A DNA stretch of 64,000 bases from Macrostomum hystrix (GCA_950097015.1 CATNEN010000039.1:14384001-14448000), one strand, 5' to 3'; positions 32,843 through 47,800 are shown, counted from the stretch's first letter. The notes: generated from the letters alone by a model not told the origin. A program made the numbers and translations.

Positions 32843-35800
32843 TGAATGAGGGGGTGCGTGAGGGAGTGAGTGAGGGAGTGAGTGAGGGAGTGAGTGAGGG
32901 AGTGAGTGAGGGAGTGAGTAAGTGAAGGAGTGAGTGAAGGAGTAAGTAAGGGAGTGAGTGAGGGAGTGCGTGAGGGAGTGAGTGAGGGAGTGAGTGAAGG
33001 AGTGAAGAAGTGAGTGAAGGAGTGAGTGAGGGAGTGAGTGAGGGAGTGAGTGAGGGAGTGAGTGAGGGAGTGAGTGAAGGAGTGAGTGAGGGAGTGAGTG
33101 AGGGAGTGAGTGAGGGAGTGAGTGAAGGAGTAAAGGAGTGAGAGAAGGATTGAGTGAGGGAGTAAGTGAGGGAGTGAATGAGGGAGTGAGTGAGGGAGTG
33201 AGTGAAGGAGTGAGTGAGGGAGTGAGTGAGGGAGTGAGTGAGGGAGTGAGTGAAGGAGAGAGTGAGGGAGTGAGTGAGTGAGGGAGTAAGTGAGTGAGGG
33301 AGTGTGAGAGGGAGTGAGGGAGTGAGTGAGGGAGTGAGTGAGAGAGTGAGTGAGGGAGTGAGTAAGTGAAGGAGTGAGTGAAGGAGTGAGTGAGGGAGTG
33401 AGTGAGGGAGTGCGTGAGGGAGTGAGTGAGGGAGTGAGTGAAGGAGTGAAGGAGTGAGTGAAGGAGTGAGTGAGGGAGTGAGTGAGGGAGTGAGAGAGGG
33501 AGTGAATGAGGGGGTGCGTGAGGGAGTGAGTGAGGGAGTGAGTGAGGGAGTGAGTGAAGGAGTGAGTGAGGGAGTGAGTGAGGGAGTGAGTGAGGGAGTT
33601 AGTGAAGGAGTAAAGGAGTGAGAGAAGGAGTGAGTGAGTGAGTAAGTGAGGGAGAGAATGAGGGAGTGAGTGAGGGAGTGAGTGAAGGAGTGAGTGAAGG
33701 AGTGAGTGAGGGAGTGAGTGAGGGAGTGAGTGAGGGAGTGAGTGAGAGAGTGAGTGAAGGAGTGAGTGAAGGAGAGAGTGAGGGAGTGAGTGAGTGAGGG
33801 AGTGAGTGAGGGAGTGAGTGAAGGAGTGAGTGAGGGAGTGAGTGAGGGAGTGAGTGAGGGAGTGAGTGAAGGAGAGAGTGAGGGAGTGAGTGAGTGAGGG
33901 AGTAAGTGAGTGAGGGAGTGTGAGAGGGAGTGAGGGAGTGAGTGAGGGAGTGAGTGAGAGAGTGAGTGAGGGAGTGAGTAAGTGAAGGAGTGAGTGAAGG
34001 AGTGAGTGAGGGAGTGAGTGAGGGAGTGCGTGAGGGAGTGAGTGAGGGAGTGAGTGAAGGAGTGAGTGAGGGAGTGAGTGAAGGAGTGAGTGAGGGAGTG
34101 AGTGAGGGAGTGAGTGAGGGAGTGAGTGAGGGAGTGAGTGAAGGAGTAAAGGAGTGAGAGAAGGAGTGAGTGAGGGAGTAAGTGAGGGAGTGAGTGAGGG
34201 AGTGAGTGAGGGAATGAGTGAAGGAGTGAGTGAAGGAGTGAGTGAGGGAGTGAGTGAGGGAGTGAGTGAGGGAGTGAGTGAAGGAGTGAGTGAAGGAGTG
34301 AGTGAGGGAGTGAGTAAGGGAGTGAATGAGGGAGTGAGTGAGGGAATGAGTGAAGGAGTGAGTGAAGGAGTGAGTGAGGGAGTGAGTGAGGGAGTGAGTG
34401 AGGGAGTGAGTGAAGGAGTGAGTGAAGGAGTGAGTGAGGGAGTGAGTGAGTGAGGGAGTGAGTGAGTGAGGGAGTGTGAGAGGGAGTGAGTGAGGGAGTG
34501 AGTGAGCGAGTTAGTGGGGGAGTGAGTGAGAGAGGGAGTGAGGGAGTGAGTGAGGGAGTGAGTGAGGGAGTGAGTGAGTGAAGGAGTGAGTGAAGGAGTG
34601 AGTGAGGGAGTGAGTGAGGGAGTGAGTGAGGGAGTGAGTGAGGGAGTGAGTGAAGGAGTGAAGGAGTGAGTGAAGGAGTGAGTGAGCGAGTGAGTGAGGG
34701 AGTGAGTGAGGGAGTGAATGAGGGGGTGCGTGAGGGAGTCAGTGAGGGAGTGAGTGAGGGAGTGAGTGAAGGAGTGAGTGAGGGAGTGAGTGAGGGAGTG
34801 AGTGAGGGAGTGAGTGAGGGAGTGAGTGAAGGAGTAAAGGAGTGAGAGAAGGAGTGAGTGAGGGAGTAAGTGAGGGAGTGAGTGAGGGAGTGAGTGAGGG
34901 AATGAGTGAAGGAGTGAGTGAAGGAGTGAGTGAGGGAGTGAGTGAGGGAGTGAGTGAGGGAGTGAGTGAAGGAGTGAGTGAAGGAGTGAGTGAGGGAGTG
35001 AGTAAGGGAGTGAATGAGGGAGTGAGTGAGGGAATGAGTGAAGGAGTGAGTGAAGGAGTGAGTGAGGGAGTGAGTGAGGGAGTGAGTGAGGGAGTGAGTG
35101 AAGGAGTGAGTGAAGGAGTGAGTGAGGGAGTGAGTAAGGGAGTGAGTGAGTGAGTGAGTGAGTGAGGGAGTGAGAGAGGGAGTGAGTGAGTGAGTGAGTG
35201 AGTGAGGGAGTGAGAGAGGGACTGAGTGAGTGAGTGAGTGAGCGAGTTTTTGGGGGAGCGAGCGAGTGAGTGAGTGAGGGAGGGAGTGAGAAAGGGAGTG
35301 AGTGAGGGAGTGAGTGAGCGAGTTAGTGGGGGAGTGAGTGAGAGAGGGAGTGAGGGAGAGAGGGAGTGAGTGAGTGAGTGAGTGAGCGAGTTTTTGGGGG
35401 AGCGAGCGAGTGAGTGAGTGAGGGAGGGAGTGAGAAAGGGAGTGAGTGAGGGAGTGAGTGAGCGAGTTAGTGGGGGAGTGAGTGAGAAAGGGAGTGAGGG
35501 AGTGAGGGAGTGAGTGAGGGAGTGAGTGAGGGAGTGAATGAGGGAGTGAGTGAGTGAGGGAGTGAGTGAAGGAGTGAGTGAAGGAGTGAGTGAGGGAGTG
35601 AGTGAGGGAGTGAGTGAGTGAGGGAGTGAGAGAGTGAGTGAGAGAGGGAGTGAGTGAGGGAGTGAGTGAGGGAGTGAGTGAAGGAGTGGGTGAGGGAGTG
35701 AGTGAGGGAGTGAGTGAGGGAGTGAGTGAGGGAGTGAGTGAGGGAGTGAGTGAGGGAGTGAGTGAGGGAGTGAATGAGGTAGTGAGTGAGAGAGTGAGTG

Positions 35801-38800
35801 AAGGAGTGAAGGAGTGAGTGAAGGAGTGAGTGAGGGAGTGAGTAAGGGAGTGAGTGAGGGAGTGAGTGAGGGAGTGAGTGAGGGAGTGAATGAGGTAGTG
35901 AGTGAGAGAGTGAGTGAAGGAGTGAAGGAGTGAGTGAAGGAGTGAGTGAGTGAGTGAGAGAGGGAGTGAGTGAGGGAGTGAGTGAGCGAGTTACTGGGGG
36001 AGTGAGTGAGAGAGGGAGTGAGGGAGTGAGTGAGGGAGTGAGTGAGGGAGTGAATGAGGGAGTGAGTGAGTGAGGGAGTGAGTGAAGGAGTGAGTGAAGG
36101 AGTAAGTGAGGGAGTGAGTGAGCGAGTGAGTGAGAGAGTGAGTGAGAGAGGGAGTGAGTGAGGGAGTGAATGAGGGAGTGAGTGAGTGAGGGAGTGAGTG
36201 AAGGAGTGAGTGAAGGAGTGAGTGAGGGAGTGAGTGAGCGAGTGAGTGAGAGAGTGAGTGAGAGAGGGAGTGAGTGAGTGAGGGAGTGAGTGAGGGAGTG
36301 AGTGAAGGAGTGAGTGAAGGAGTGAGTGAGGGAGTGAGTGAGGGAGTGAGTGAGGGAGTGAGTGAGGGAGTGAGTGAGGGAGTGAGTGAAGGAGTGAGTG
36401 AGGGAGTGAGTGAGGGAGTGAGTGAGGGAGTGAGTGAGGGAGTGAGTGAGGGAGTGAGTGAAGGAGTAAAGGAGTGAGAGAAGGAGTGAGTGAGTGAGAG
36501 AGTGAGTGAGAGAGGGAGTGAGTGAGGGAGTGAGTGAGGGAGTGAGTGAAGGAGTGAGTGAAGGAGAGAGTGAGGGAGTGAGTGAGTGAGGGAGTGAGTG
36601 AGTAAGGGAGTGAGTGAGGGAGTGAGTGAGGGAGTGAGTGAAGGAGTAAAGGAGTGAGAGAAGGAGTGAGTGAGTGAGAGAGTGAGTGAGAGAGGGAGTG
36701 AGTGAGGGAGTGAGTGAGGGAGTGAGTGAAGGAGTGAGTGAAGGAGAGAGTGAGGGAGTGAGTGAGTGAGGGAGTGAGTGAGTAAGGGAGTGAGTGAGGG
36801 AGTGAGTGATGGAGTGAGTGAGGGAGTGAGTGAGGGAGTGAGTGAGGGAGTGAGTGAAGGAGTGAAGGAGTGAGTGAAGGAGTGAGTGAGGGAGTGAGTG
36901 AGGGAGTGAGTGAGGGAGTGAATGTGGGGGTGCGTGAGGGAGTGAGTGAGGGAGTCAGTGAGGGAGTGAGTGAAGGAGTGAGTGAGGGAGTGAGTAAGTG
37001 AGTGAGGGAGTGTGAGAGGGAGTGAGGGAGTGAGTGAGCGAGTTACTGGGGGAGTGAGTGAGAGAGGGAGTGAGGGAGTGAGTGAGGGAGTGAGTGAGGG
37101 AGTGAATGAGGGAGTGAGTGAGTGAAGGAGTGAGTGAAGGAGTGAGTGAAGGAGTGAGTGAGGGAGTGAGTGAGCGAGTGAGTGAGAGAGTGAGTGAGAG
37201 AGGGAGTGAGTGAGGGAGTGAGTGAGGGAGTGAGTGAAGGAGTGAGTGAAGGAGTGAGTGAGGGAGTGAGTGAGGGAGTGAGTGAAGGAGTAAAGGAGTG
37301 AGAGAAGGAGTGAGTGAGTGAGTAAGTGAGGGAGAGAATGAGGGAGTGAGTGAGGCAGTGAGTGAAGGAGTGAAGGAGTGAGTGAAGGAGTGAGTGAGGG
37401 AGTGAGTGAGGGAGTGAGTGAGGGAGTGCGTGAGGGAGTGAATGAGAGAGTGAGTGAGGGAGTGAGTGAGGGAGTGAGTGAGGGAGTGAGTGAGGGAGTG
37501 AGTTAAGGAGTGAGTGAAGGAGTGAGTGAGGGAGTGAGTGAGGGAGTGAGTGAGGGAGTGAGTGAAGGAGTGAGTGAAGGAGTGAGTGAGGGAGTGAGTG
37601 AGGGAGTGAGTGAGGGAGTGAATGAGGGAGTGAGTGAGTGAGGGAGTGAGTGAAGGAGTGAGTGAGGGAGTGAGTGAGAGAGTGAGTGAAGGAATGAGTG
37701 AAGGAGTGAAGGAGTGAGTGAAGGAGTGAGTAAGGGAGTGCGTGAGGGAGTGAATGAGGGAGTGAGTGAGGGAGTGAGTGAGGGAGTGAGTGAGGGAGTG
37801 AATGAGGTAGTGAGTGAGAGAGTGAGTGAGGGAGTGAGTTAAGGAGTGAGTGAAGGAGTGAGTGAGGGAGTGAGTGAGGGAGTGAGTGAGGGAGTGAGTG
37901 AAGGAGTGAGTGAAGGAGTGAGTGAGGGAGTGAGTGAGGGAGTGAGTGAGTGAGTGAGAGAGGGAGTGAGTGAGGGAGTGAGTGAGCGAGTTATTGGGGG
38001 AGTGAGCGAGTGAGTGAGTGAGTGAGGGAGTGAGAGAGGGAGTGAGTGAGGGAGTGAGTGAGCGAGTTAGTGGGGGAGTGAGTGAGAGAGGGAGTGAGGG
38101 AGTGAGTGAGGGAGTGAGTGAGGGAGTGAGTGAGTGAGAGAGTGAGTGAGGGAGTGAGTGAGGGAGTGAGTGAGGGAGTGAGTGAGGGAGTGAGTGAGGG
38201 AGTGAGTGAGCGATTGAGTGAGGGAGTGAGTGAGGGAGTGAGTGAGTGAGGGAGTGAATGAGGGAGTGAGTGAGGGAGTGAGTGAGGGAGTGAGTGAGTG
38301 AGGGAGTGAGTGAGGGAGTGAGTGAGCGAGTTAGTGGGGGAGTGAGTGAGAGAGGGAGTGAGGGAGTGAGTGAGGGAGTGAGTGAGGGAGTGAGTGAGTG
38401 AGAGAGTGAGTGAGGGAGTGAGTGAGGGAGTGAGTGAGGGAGTGAGTGAGGGAGTGAGTGAGTGAGAGAGTGAGTGAGGGAGTGAGTGAGGGAGTGAGTG
38501 AGGGAGTGAGTGAGGGAGTGAGTGAGGGAGTGAGTGAGTGAGGGAGTGAATGAGGGAGTGAGTGAGGGAGTGAGTGAGGGAGTGAGTGAGTGAGGGAGTG
38601 AGTGAGGGAGTGAGTGAGGGAGTGAGTGAGTGAGGGAGTGAATGAGGGAGTGAGTGAGGGAGTGAGTGAGGGAGTGAGTGAGGGAGTGAGTGAGGGAGTG
38701 AGTGAGGGAGTGAGTGAGGGAGTGAGTGAGTGAGGGAGTGAATGAGGGAGTGAGTGAGGGAGTGAGTGAGGGAGTGAGTGAATGAGGGAGTGAGTGAGGG

Positions 38801-39083
38801 AGTGAGTGAGGGAGTGAGTGAGGGAGGGAGTGAGTGAAGGAGTGAGTGAGGGAGTGAGTGAGGGAGTGAGTGAGGGAGTGAGTGAGGGAGTGAGTGAGGG
38901 AGTGAGTGAGTGAGGGAGTGAATGAGGGAGTGAGTGAGTGAGGGAGTGAGTGAGTGAGTGAGTGAGGGAGTGAGTGAGGGAGTGAGTGAGGGAGTGAGTG
39001 AGTGAGGGAGTGAATGAGGGAGTGAGTGAGTGAGGGAGTGAGTGAGTGAGTGAGTGAGGGAGTGAATGTGGGAGTGAATGTGA
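32843..39083. repeat. 6.2-kb satellite (GAGTGAGTGAGG)n built from GAGT/GAGG/GAAG tetramers
   Basis: Continuous array; plus strand almost devoid of C; higher-order duplications, e.g. 688-bp period between 34154 and 34842. Confidence 0.98.
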
Positions 39084-39637
39084 GGTGAATTATCTGAGAT
39101 AATTACTGAATTATTAGATCTGAGAGTCACTGAACTATCAGATAAGAGACGGACTGAATCATCTGATAATACAGAAACTGTTGAATGATGCGGACTTACG
39201 AGTAATTAGCTCGTGCTTAAAACGAAAAATGATTATTTAGAAAGTTTCTAAACAGATAATTGTGTCTGAAAACGAATGCATAAAACCCTAATGCTGATCT
39301 TAGAGGAGCTAACTATTAGAGGAATCAAATATTTGACGAGTTTGGCAAAGGCACAAAACGTGGGACACATACCCAATGGTCACTTATTGATTTTTGACCT
39401 GGTCCTGACCTGTCATAGCTTAATGATGTGAAGCAGAGGAACAAAGAGAAATTGAGTGGTTGCGGTACTTTGGTTGGAAAAACTCCAGAAATAGATTCCG
39501 TTTGCAAATTGTTCGCAGACGCTTTAACAAATTCTTGATAATTTAGTAAACAGAGTGAGTTGTAATGATTTGGTGCCTTGTTTGGGTAACATTGTGAGTT
39601 TTATTGAGTCCAACTTCATGAATAAGTTAGTTTTTGT

Positions 39638-39871
39638 CATGAGTTCATGAGTGAGTTATTGCGTGAGTTCATGAGTTCATGAGTGAGTTATTGCGTGAGT
39701 TCATGAGTTCATGAGTGAGTTATTGCGTGAGTTCATGAGTTCATGAGTGAGTTATTGCGTGAGTTCATGAGTTCATGAGTGAGTTATTGCGTGAGTTCAT
39801 GAGTGAGTTATTGCGTGAGTTCATGAGTTCATGAGTGAGTTATTGCGTGAGTTCATGAGTTCATGAGTTCA
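39638..39871. repeat. ~32-bp minisatellite (GAGTTCATGAGTTCATGAGTGAGTTATTGCGT)n
   Basis: Tandem copies visible directly. Confidence 0.92.
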
Positions 39872-40474
39872 TAAATGAAGGCAACCCAGAACAGAGCAAT
39901 AGCAATGCGGACATATTTTTCCTGTAAGAGGCGTTCTAGAGTTACATTTTTTTTCCAGCAAGAAAATTGAAACAGCCAGGACATCGATCTGGTTTGCCAC
40001 GAGGTCTTCAAGGTCAGTGATTCTCTAAAAAGATAGACGCCAAGACGCAAAGGTGAAAAATGAACGATTTGGCGTTAAATAATTTATCTGTCACTCCAAC
40101 TGTAGGGCTCTTTCACTTCAAAAAAGAACTTTAAAAAAGCAATTTTAGCAACAGGGAGTTGGTGAGGCTTCGCGTCAGAGACCAAAGAAGCTACGAGTAC
40201 ATTATTTGAGCTTCCTCATCAGTCAAAGCCAATGGCGAGAGGCATCAGGTGGACAAGTCAATCGTGAGTTGTTTTCCTTGCTTACTACAGTCCAAACAGG
40301 CTAATATAGGCAATGCGCCTGTAGAACTGGGCCGAAGTCTGCACTTTTATGCCCACGGAAATAATGGGTGTTGGGAGAATTGGGTTTGGGGAAATAGATA
40401 TTTGGGCAACGTACGTTAGGGCTATTGGTGTGAGGGAGTAATGGGTATGTGAATGCGTATTGCATGCAATGGGT

Positions 40475-41385
40475 GTGGGGTAATATGTATTGGGGAATGT
40501 GGATCGAGTGTTGGGTAATATGTATTGGGTAATGTGGATTGAGTGTTGGGTAATATGTATTGGATAATGTGGATTGAGTGTTGGGTAATATGTATTGGAT
40601 AATGTGGATTGAGTGTTGGGTACTATGTATTGGATAATGTGGATTGAGTGTTGGGTAATATGTATTGGATAATGTGGATTGAGTGTTGGGTAATATGTAT
40701 TGGGTAATGTGGATTGAGTGTTGGGTAATATGAATTGGGTAATGTGGATTGAGTGTTGGGTACTATGTATTGGGTAATGTGGATCGAGTGTGGGGTAATA
40801 TGTATTGGGTAATGTGGATCGAGTGTTGGGTAATATGTATTGGGTAATGTGGATTGAGTGTTGGGTAATATGTATTGGGTAATGTGGATTGAGTGTTGGG
40901 TACTATGTATTGGGTAATGTGGATCGAGTGTTGGGTAATATGTATTGGGTAATGTGGATCGAGTGTTGGGTAATATGTATTGGGAAATGTAGATTGAGTG
41001 TTGGGTAATATGTATTGGGGAATGTAGATTGAGTGTTGGGTAATATGTATTGGGGAATGTGGATCGAGTGTTGGGTAATATGTATTGGGTAATGTGGATC
41101 GAGTGTTGGGTAATATGTATTGGGTAATGTGGATTGAGTGTTGGGTAATATGTATTGGATAATGTGGATTGAGTGTTGGGTAATATGTATTGGGTAATGT
41201 GGATCGAGTGTTGGGTAATATGTATTGGGTAATGTGGATCGAGTGTTGGGTAATATGTATTGGGTAATGTGGATCGAGTGTTGGGTAATATGTATTGGGT
41301 AATGTGGATCGAGTGTTGGGTAATATGTATTGGGAAATGTAGATTGAGTGTTGGGTAATATGTATTGGGTAATGTAGACTGAGTG
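40475..41385. repeat. 35-bp minisatellite (GAGTGTTGGGTAATATGTATTGGGTAATGTGGATY)n
   Basis: About 25 tandem copies; the unit is itself two related TGGGTAAT half-units. Confidence 0.95.
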
Positions 41386-41907
41386 AAGAGCATGACCTTA
41401 TTTTTCAAATTTAATGCTCAATTTACTTTTAAAATGCCCTAAATTCTTGGATTATCCCAGACCAGTAAACATTCTGAACGGCTTTAAAACAGCTGGGCTT
41501 CTGACAGATACAAACATGCCACAAAATACGAAGACCAATATAGTAGTTTTTCAGACTTCTTTTTGTTAAACAAAGAGCACCTTTACAAAGGCACTGCTGT
41601 CTGTTTTCAGAGCTTCGAGACTTGTGCTGCACTGTCACCGTCGAGTTAAAAATGTTTTTTGTCTCTCATTGTTTGGAAATGTTTATTGACATTTTTTAAC
41701 GTAAATTTCTGCTCCAATGGTTGTGTAAAGCTTATCGTTGAAAAGCGGGAAGAGCTATAGGGAGAGGATGCTGCCGAGAAACCCAGCATTTTAGCCCTAA
41801 ATGCATATCGACTGCTTATGATTAAATCTATGAATTTAAATGGGATTATTCTGTGGGTCTTATCTCTCCGTCTTATCTCCCCACTGTTTTAACTCTCATC
41901 TGTCTCA

Positions 41908-42464
41908 CCCGTCTCATCTCTCCCTGCGTCAACTCTTCATGTCTCATCTCTCCCTGCGTCAACTCTTCATGTCTCATCTCTCCCTGCGTCAACTCTTCCT
42001 GTCTCATATTTCCCTGCGTCAACTCTTCCTGTCTCATCTCTCCCTGCGTCAACTCTTCCTGTCTCATCTCTCCCTGCGTCAACTCTTCCTGTCTCATCTC
42101 TCTCTGCGTCAACTCTTCCTGTCTCATCTCTCCCTGCGTCAACTCTTCCTGTCTCATCTCTCCCTGCGTCAACTCTTCCTGTCTCATCTCTCTCTGCGTC
42201 AACTCTTCCTGTCTCATCTCTCCCTGCGTCAACTCTTCCTGTCTCATCTCTCCCTGCGTCAACTCTTCCTGTCTCATCTCTCCCTGCGTCAACTCTTCCT
42301 GTCTCATCTCTCCCTGCGTCAACTCTTCCTGTCTCATCTCTCTCTGCGTCAACTCTTCCTGTCTCATCTCTCCCTGCGTCAACTCTTCCTGTCTCATCTC
42401 TCCCTGCGTCAACTCTTCCCGTCTCATCTTTCCCTGCGTCAACTCTTCCTGTCTCATCTTTCCC
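41908..42464. repeat. 30-bp minisatellite (GTCTCATCTCTCCCTGCGTCAACTCTTCCT)n
   Basis: About 18 near-identical copies. Confidence 0.96.
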
Positions 42465-42939
42465 AATGTTCAGGGACTCGAATACTACTCAAACTGCTCA
42501 GAATCTTGTGCCAGGCAGATCTGTAAATTAATGTCAGTTCAGTTAGCCTGTCACTGCAACTGGTTGTCAAGACAACTACACAGAAACAGAAAATTGGCAA
42601 GGATTATTATTCGCAACACCCTACTCGCGAGTAGCAGCAGTAGCAACAGTTACAGAAAGCATTGGTCATTACAATAGTCGAGATGATTAGGAATTAACCT
42701 GAGACAAATAAAAAAACTGATTGTTGACACAGGTACAGTGGTCAGATATAGTTTAGGCGCTTATAGGTGTGCTTGCTATAAAATCGATAGCATTATTAGT
42801 TTGCCGAACTTCGAGCGAATACAATCGGGCGCTTTTACGAACAGTCTAAACTAATTCTAGACTTGGCAACGAGACAAACAAAACTCGAAGAAAGTATTTT
42901 ATCTGTTCGTCGGAAATTCATAAGATCTTAATTGGTCTT

Positions 42940-44172
42940 TATCATACCCTTCAGCCTTGTTCATACCCTGCTTAGTCTTGTTCATATCCTACAGTCTTGT
43001 TCAAATATCCTACAGTCTTGTTCATACCCTACAGTCTTGTTCATACCCTACAGTCTTGTTCATACCCTACAGTCGTGTTCATACCCTACAGTCTTGTTCA
43101 CACCCTAAAGTCTTGTTCACACCCTAAAGTCTTGTTCACACCCTAAAGTCTTGTTCATATCCTACAGTATTGTTCATATCCTACAGTCTTGTTCATACCC
43201 TACAGTCTTGTTCATACCCTACAGTCGTGTTCATACCCTACAGTCGTGTTCATACCCTAAAGACTTGTTCATATCCTACAGTCTTGTTCATATCCTACAG
43301 TCTTGTTCATATCCTACAGTCTTGTTCATACCCTACAGTCGTGTTCATACCCTACAGTCGTGTTCATACCCTAAAGACTTGTTCATATCCTACAGTCTTG
43401 TTCATATCCTACAGTCTTGTTCATATCCTACAGTCTTGTTCATACCCTACAGTCTTGTTCATAACCTACAGTCTTGTTCATACCCTACAGTCTTGTTCAT
43501 ACCCTACAGTCTTGTTCATATCCTACAGTCTTGTTCATATCCTACAGTCTTGTTCATATCCTACAGTCTTGTTCATACCCTACAGTCTTGTTCATAACCT
43601 ACAGTCTTGTTCATACCCTACAGTCTTGTTCATACCCTACAGTCTTGTTCATACCCTACAGTCTTGTTCATAACCTACAGTCTTGTTCATACCCTACAGT
43701 CTTGTTCATACCCTACAGTCTTGTTCATACCCTACAGTCTTGTTCATAACCTACAGTCGTGTTCATACCCTACAGTCTTGTTCATAACCTACAGTCTTGT
43801 TCATACCCTACAGTCTTGTTCATACCCTACAGTCTTGTTCATACCCTACAGTCTTGTTCATAACCTACAGTCTTGTTCATACCCTACAGTCTTGTTCATA
43901 CCCTACAGTCTTGTTCATACCCTACAGTCGTGTTCATACCCTACAGTCTTGTTCATACCCTACAGTCTTGTTCATACCCTACAGTCTTGTTCATACCCTA
44001 CAGTCTTGTTCATAACCTACAGTCTTGTTCATACCCTAAAGTCTTGTCATACCCTACAGTCTTGTCATACCCTACAGTCTTGTTCATACCCTACGGTCTT
44101 GTTCATACCCTACAGTCTTGTTCATACCCTACAGTCTTGTTCATACCCTAAAGTCTTGTCATACCCTACAGT
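42940..44172. repeat. 19-bp minisatellite (CTTGTTCATACCCTACAGT)n
   Basis: About 60 tandem copies. Confidence 0.96.
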
Positions 44173-44886
44173 ATTGTTTATAACATACTTGGGCTTGCTC
44201 ATTCCTAGCTGGGTGTTTTTCATAACCACCTTAAAGTACACCCAGAGCACTCGTATCCAGCAACTTGAATAGTCATTTAAAATAGTTCCAAGTCTAGAAC
44301 GTTGCCAAAATCAATTGTTTTATAAACATCCTATCTAAGAAGCAATCACATGGCAAAAGCGCCGTGTGAAGGATATAAAAATCGAACACTTTCTGTCAGG
44401 CATTAAAAATTAAAGCTAAAAACAACAATTGATAAAACAGCTGTCAAGTTTGGGAGTTCAAAGAAGCAAAGGCTGCAAATCGCAAGCTACAATATAAGTC
44501 ATTCGCGACTGTCAAAAAACTAATATGTACCACAGCAAGTATTGAGACCTATAATACAAGTGTGTTAAAAATGGTGCAAAGAACGGACATCATTTTTGTG
44601 CAATTTTGGCTTTATAAACAAGTCTTAAAAAATATGATTGGGCAAGTGCATTGACCTCGTGTTAACCTTACTGGCATTAAAACAAAAATTAGGTTAAGCA
44701 ATTGTTTTGATCTAAAGCAAAAAAAACTCGGCGCTGATTGGCTGGACTAATTTCTAAAATCTCTAACCCGCTTGAGACCAACCTCACTCCTCCTACACTG
44801 TTATTGGCTAATAGATAAATGGACCAATCAGGCGCGCTCACAAAGAAATACCAAGATAAAAATAGCAACATGAAGCAATCGCGCGG

Positions 44887-47800
44887 TCAAAAGTCTTTAA
44901 AGTGCTCCTGACCCGCCGGCGATGCAACCGAAACCTTTTTCCAGTCCTGCTCGTCGTACATGTCGTAGCAGCGCATGTCGCCTGGATGCGAAACCTGCGG
45001 CACTATTGGCGGCTTCAGCAGGCGCTGATCAACGTCAGACCAGTTGATGGATTTGAACCAGCGGTGTGCGCGGATATCGTCGGCGCCGTTCTTCATGTTG
45101 CCGAGTCGCTTGGTCTGGTCCACAGTTAGCAGCCTATGGAGCCATTGGTTAAAAACTTTGTTCTTTATTCGATTAATTATTCGAAATACTTGAACTTGAA
45201 ACTAGAAAACTGATGAAATTTGTTTTTAAAAAATAGAAACAAGTCGTAACCAAAGTTGTTTAGAAAAGAATACTTTGAATATTGAGAATTTAAAATTACA
45301 TAAAAAATGTGTGCTTTAATAAGAAAAATGTTTGATTTCATAGAAAATAAGTGTGTTCCGTAGAAAATGTGTGTTTTCCAAGAAAGGTAGTTCGTTTTCT
45401 TAGAAAATAAGTGTGCCTTCTTAGATTATTTGATTATTCTTATACTTTTTCTAACCTACACTTTCATAGAAAATTCATGATTTGATTTCCGGGAAAAATG
45501 CGCAGTTTCCCGGAAACAGTATCTACTCTTTCTGGGAAATTTAAAACAACAATGGGACTAACCTGCGAATCAGATCCTTAGCCAGCGGATCAATGCTGCC
45601 TTCTCTGGGGAACTCAAACTTTCCCGGCAGGATCTTCTGGTAGATGTTCGCCGGATTGTCATCGTAGAATGGCGGCGAGCCAACCAGCATCTCATAGATG
45701 AGGATGCCGAGGGCCCAGAAGTCCACGGACTTGTTGTAGCCCTGGCCGCGGATTATCTCAGGAGCTTCAGGGCGGAGATTAGATGGTAGTGTTGCCAATT
45801 GAAATATATTTGAAAGGGGTTAATAGATAAGAATAGGGAGACCAGAACTGGTACACAATCACAGGTAAAAAATAAAAATTGAAGGACTGCAATGGCACAT
45901 CATTTGGTGACACCAGGCACATGCTCAAACTGGTGTGTAAATCTGCTCTGACTTTCTCATTGTCAGGCAGTGTACACTCTCACTGTGCCTTGGAGTTGGC
46001 CCTCAATGGCGCAAATGGTATGACAAGCCCTCAAGCTTTCGCCTTGCGGCTGCGCCCCAGATGAAAGTGGCCCCACTGTGGAGTCTTAGCTCAGTGACCT
46101 TAGTGCCAGAGGCAAACGCGTCAACCGCTCTGCCACTCACCTTCCTATGATGACAGGTAGATAAGGAAAGTTATATAAGGACAGATAAGGATACGTTGAT
46201 AAGGACAGTTAGATAAGGATAAGCAGATAAGAATAAATTAATAAGGACAGTTAGATAAGAATACGCTAATAAGGACAGGTAGATAAGCACGGGTAGATAA
46301 GGATACGTTGATAAGGACAGTTAGATAAGGATACGTTGATAAGGACAGTTAGATAAGGATACGTTGATAAGGACAGGTAGATCAGGACAGGTAGACAAGG
46401 ACAGGTAGGTAAGGACAGGTAGATAAAGACAGGTAGATAAGGAAAGGTAGACAAGGACAGGTAGACAAGGACAGGTGGACAAGGAGAGGTAGACAAGGAC
46501 AGATAGAGAAGGACAGGTAGACAAGGACAGGTAGACAAGGACAGGTAGACAAGGACAGGTAGATAAAGACAGGTAGATAAGGAAAGGTAGACAAGGACAG
46601 GTAGACAAGGACAGGTAGACAAGGACAGGTAGATAAGGACAGGTAGACAAGGACAGGTAGACAAGGACAGGTAGACAAGGACAGGTAGACAAGGACAGGT
46701 AGACAAGGACAGGTAGATAAGGACAGGTAGATAAGGAAAGGTAGACAAGGACAGGTAGACAAGGACAGGTGGACAAGGAGAGGTAGACAAGGACAGATAG
46801 AGAAGGACAGGTAGACAAGGACAGGTAGACAAGGACAGGTAGACAAGGACAAGCAGATAAGGACAGGTACCGATCAGGACAGGTAAAGACAAACTGGCTA
46901 AAAGGTTTCGAAGTAGAAGATAGTCAAAGAAAATAAAACATAAGGAAGTGTTCATAAAACATTTGTTTTTCCTGTCTTCAGAGAAAATAATAGAGCTAAA
47001 CCAGTTTGCAAAGCGTGGTTTAAATCTTCGCTGACAAACAATTTGTCTTAGCTTTTATTTTTAGTCCAGCAAAGCAAAATAAAAAGAGAGATACTTGTAT
47101 TTCATGGGCAGCTAGGATGAAAAGTTTTTAGATGAAAATGGAAGGCATTAGGCTGCTGCTAGTGCTGCTAATGCTTGAAACTAGCACATTGCTACTTGCA
47201 CAGTAACCGTATTCGTAGCCCAAATAGCAAACATAACAATGCCCTTATTGAAGTGCCGTGCATTATCAAATGCACATTTGTCTCTCTCTCTCTCTTACTG
47301 AGTGCTTTTCTCTCGAGGATTCAGCTTTGAGATGCAGCTCAACAGGTAGAGACTCTTTAGATAAAGATAATCAAAAAGAAATAGAAAGGCTGCCACACCA
47401 CTCTTGCCAACGCCAATGGACACTTTCTAAACAGAGGTCGGATGCCTAACTAAGCTTCATTTGGCCGAAACTGCACTAGCACAAAAATTACCTGCCTTCA
47501 CCGTGGCCAGTGCATACACAGACACTGAACACGAATCCAACTCTATCTAAGATTATCCAACTCTATCCAACTCCATCCAAGACTATCCAACTCTATTCAA
47601 CTCTATCCAAGACTATCCAACTCTATCCAAGGCTATCCAACTCTAACCAACTCTATCCAAGACTATCCAACTCTATTCAACTCTATCCAAGACTATCCAA
47701 CTCCATCCAAGACTATCCAACTCTATTCAACTCTATCCAAGGCTATCCAACTCTATCCAACTCTATTCAACTCTATCCAAGACTATCCAACTCCATCCAA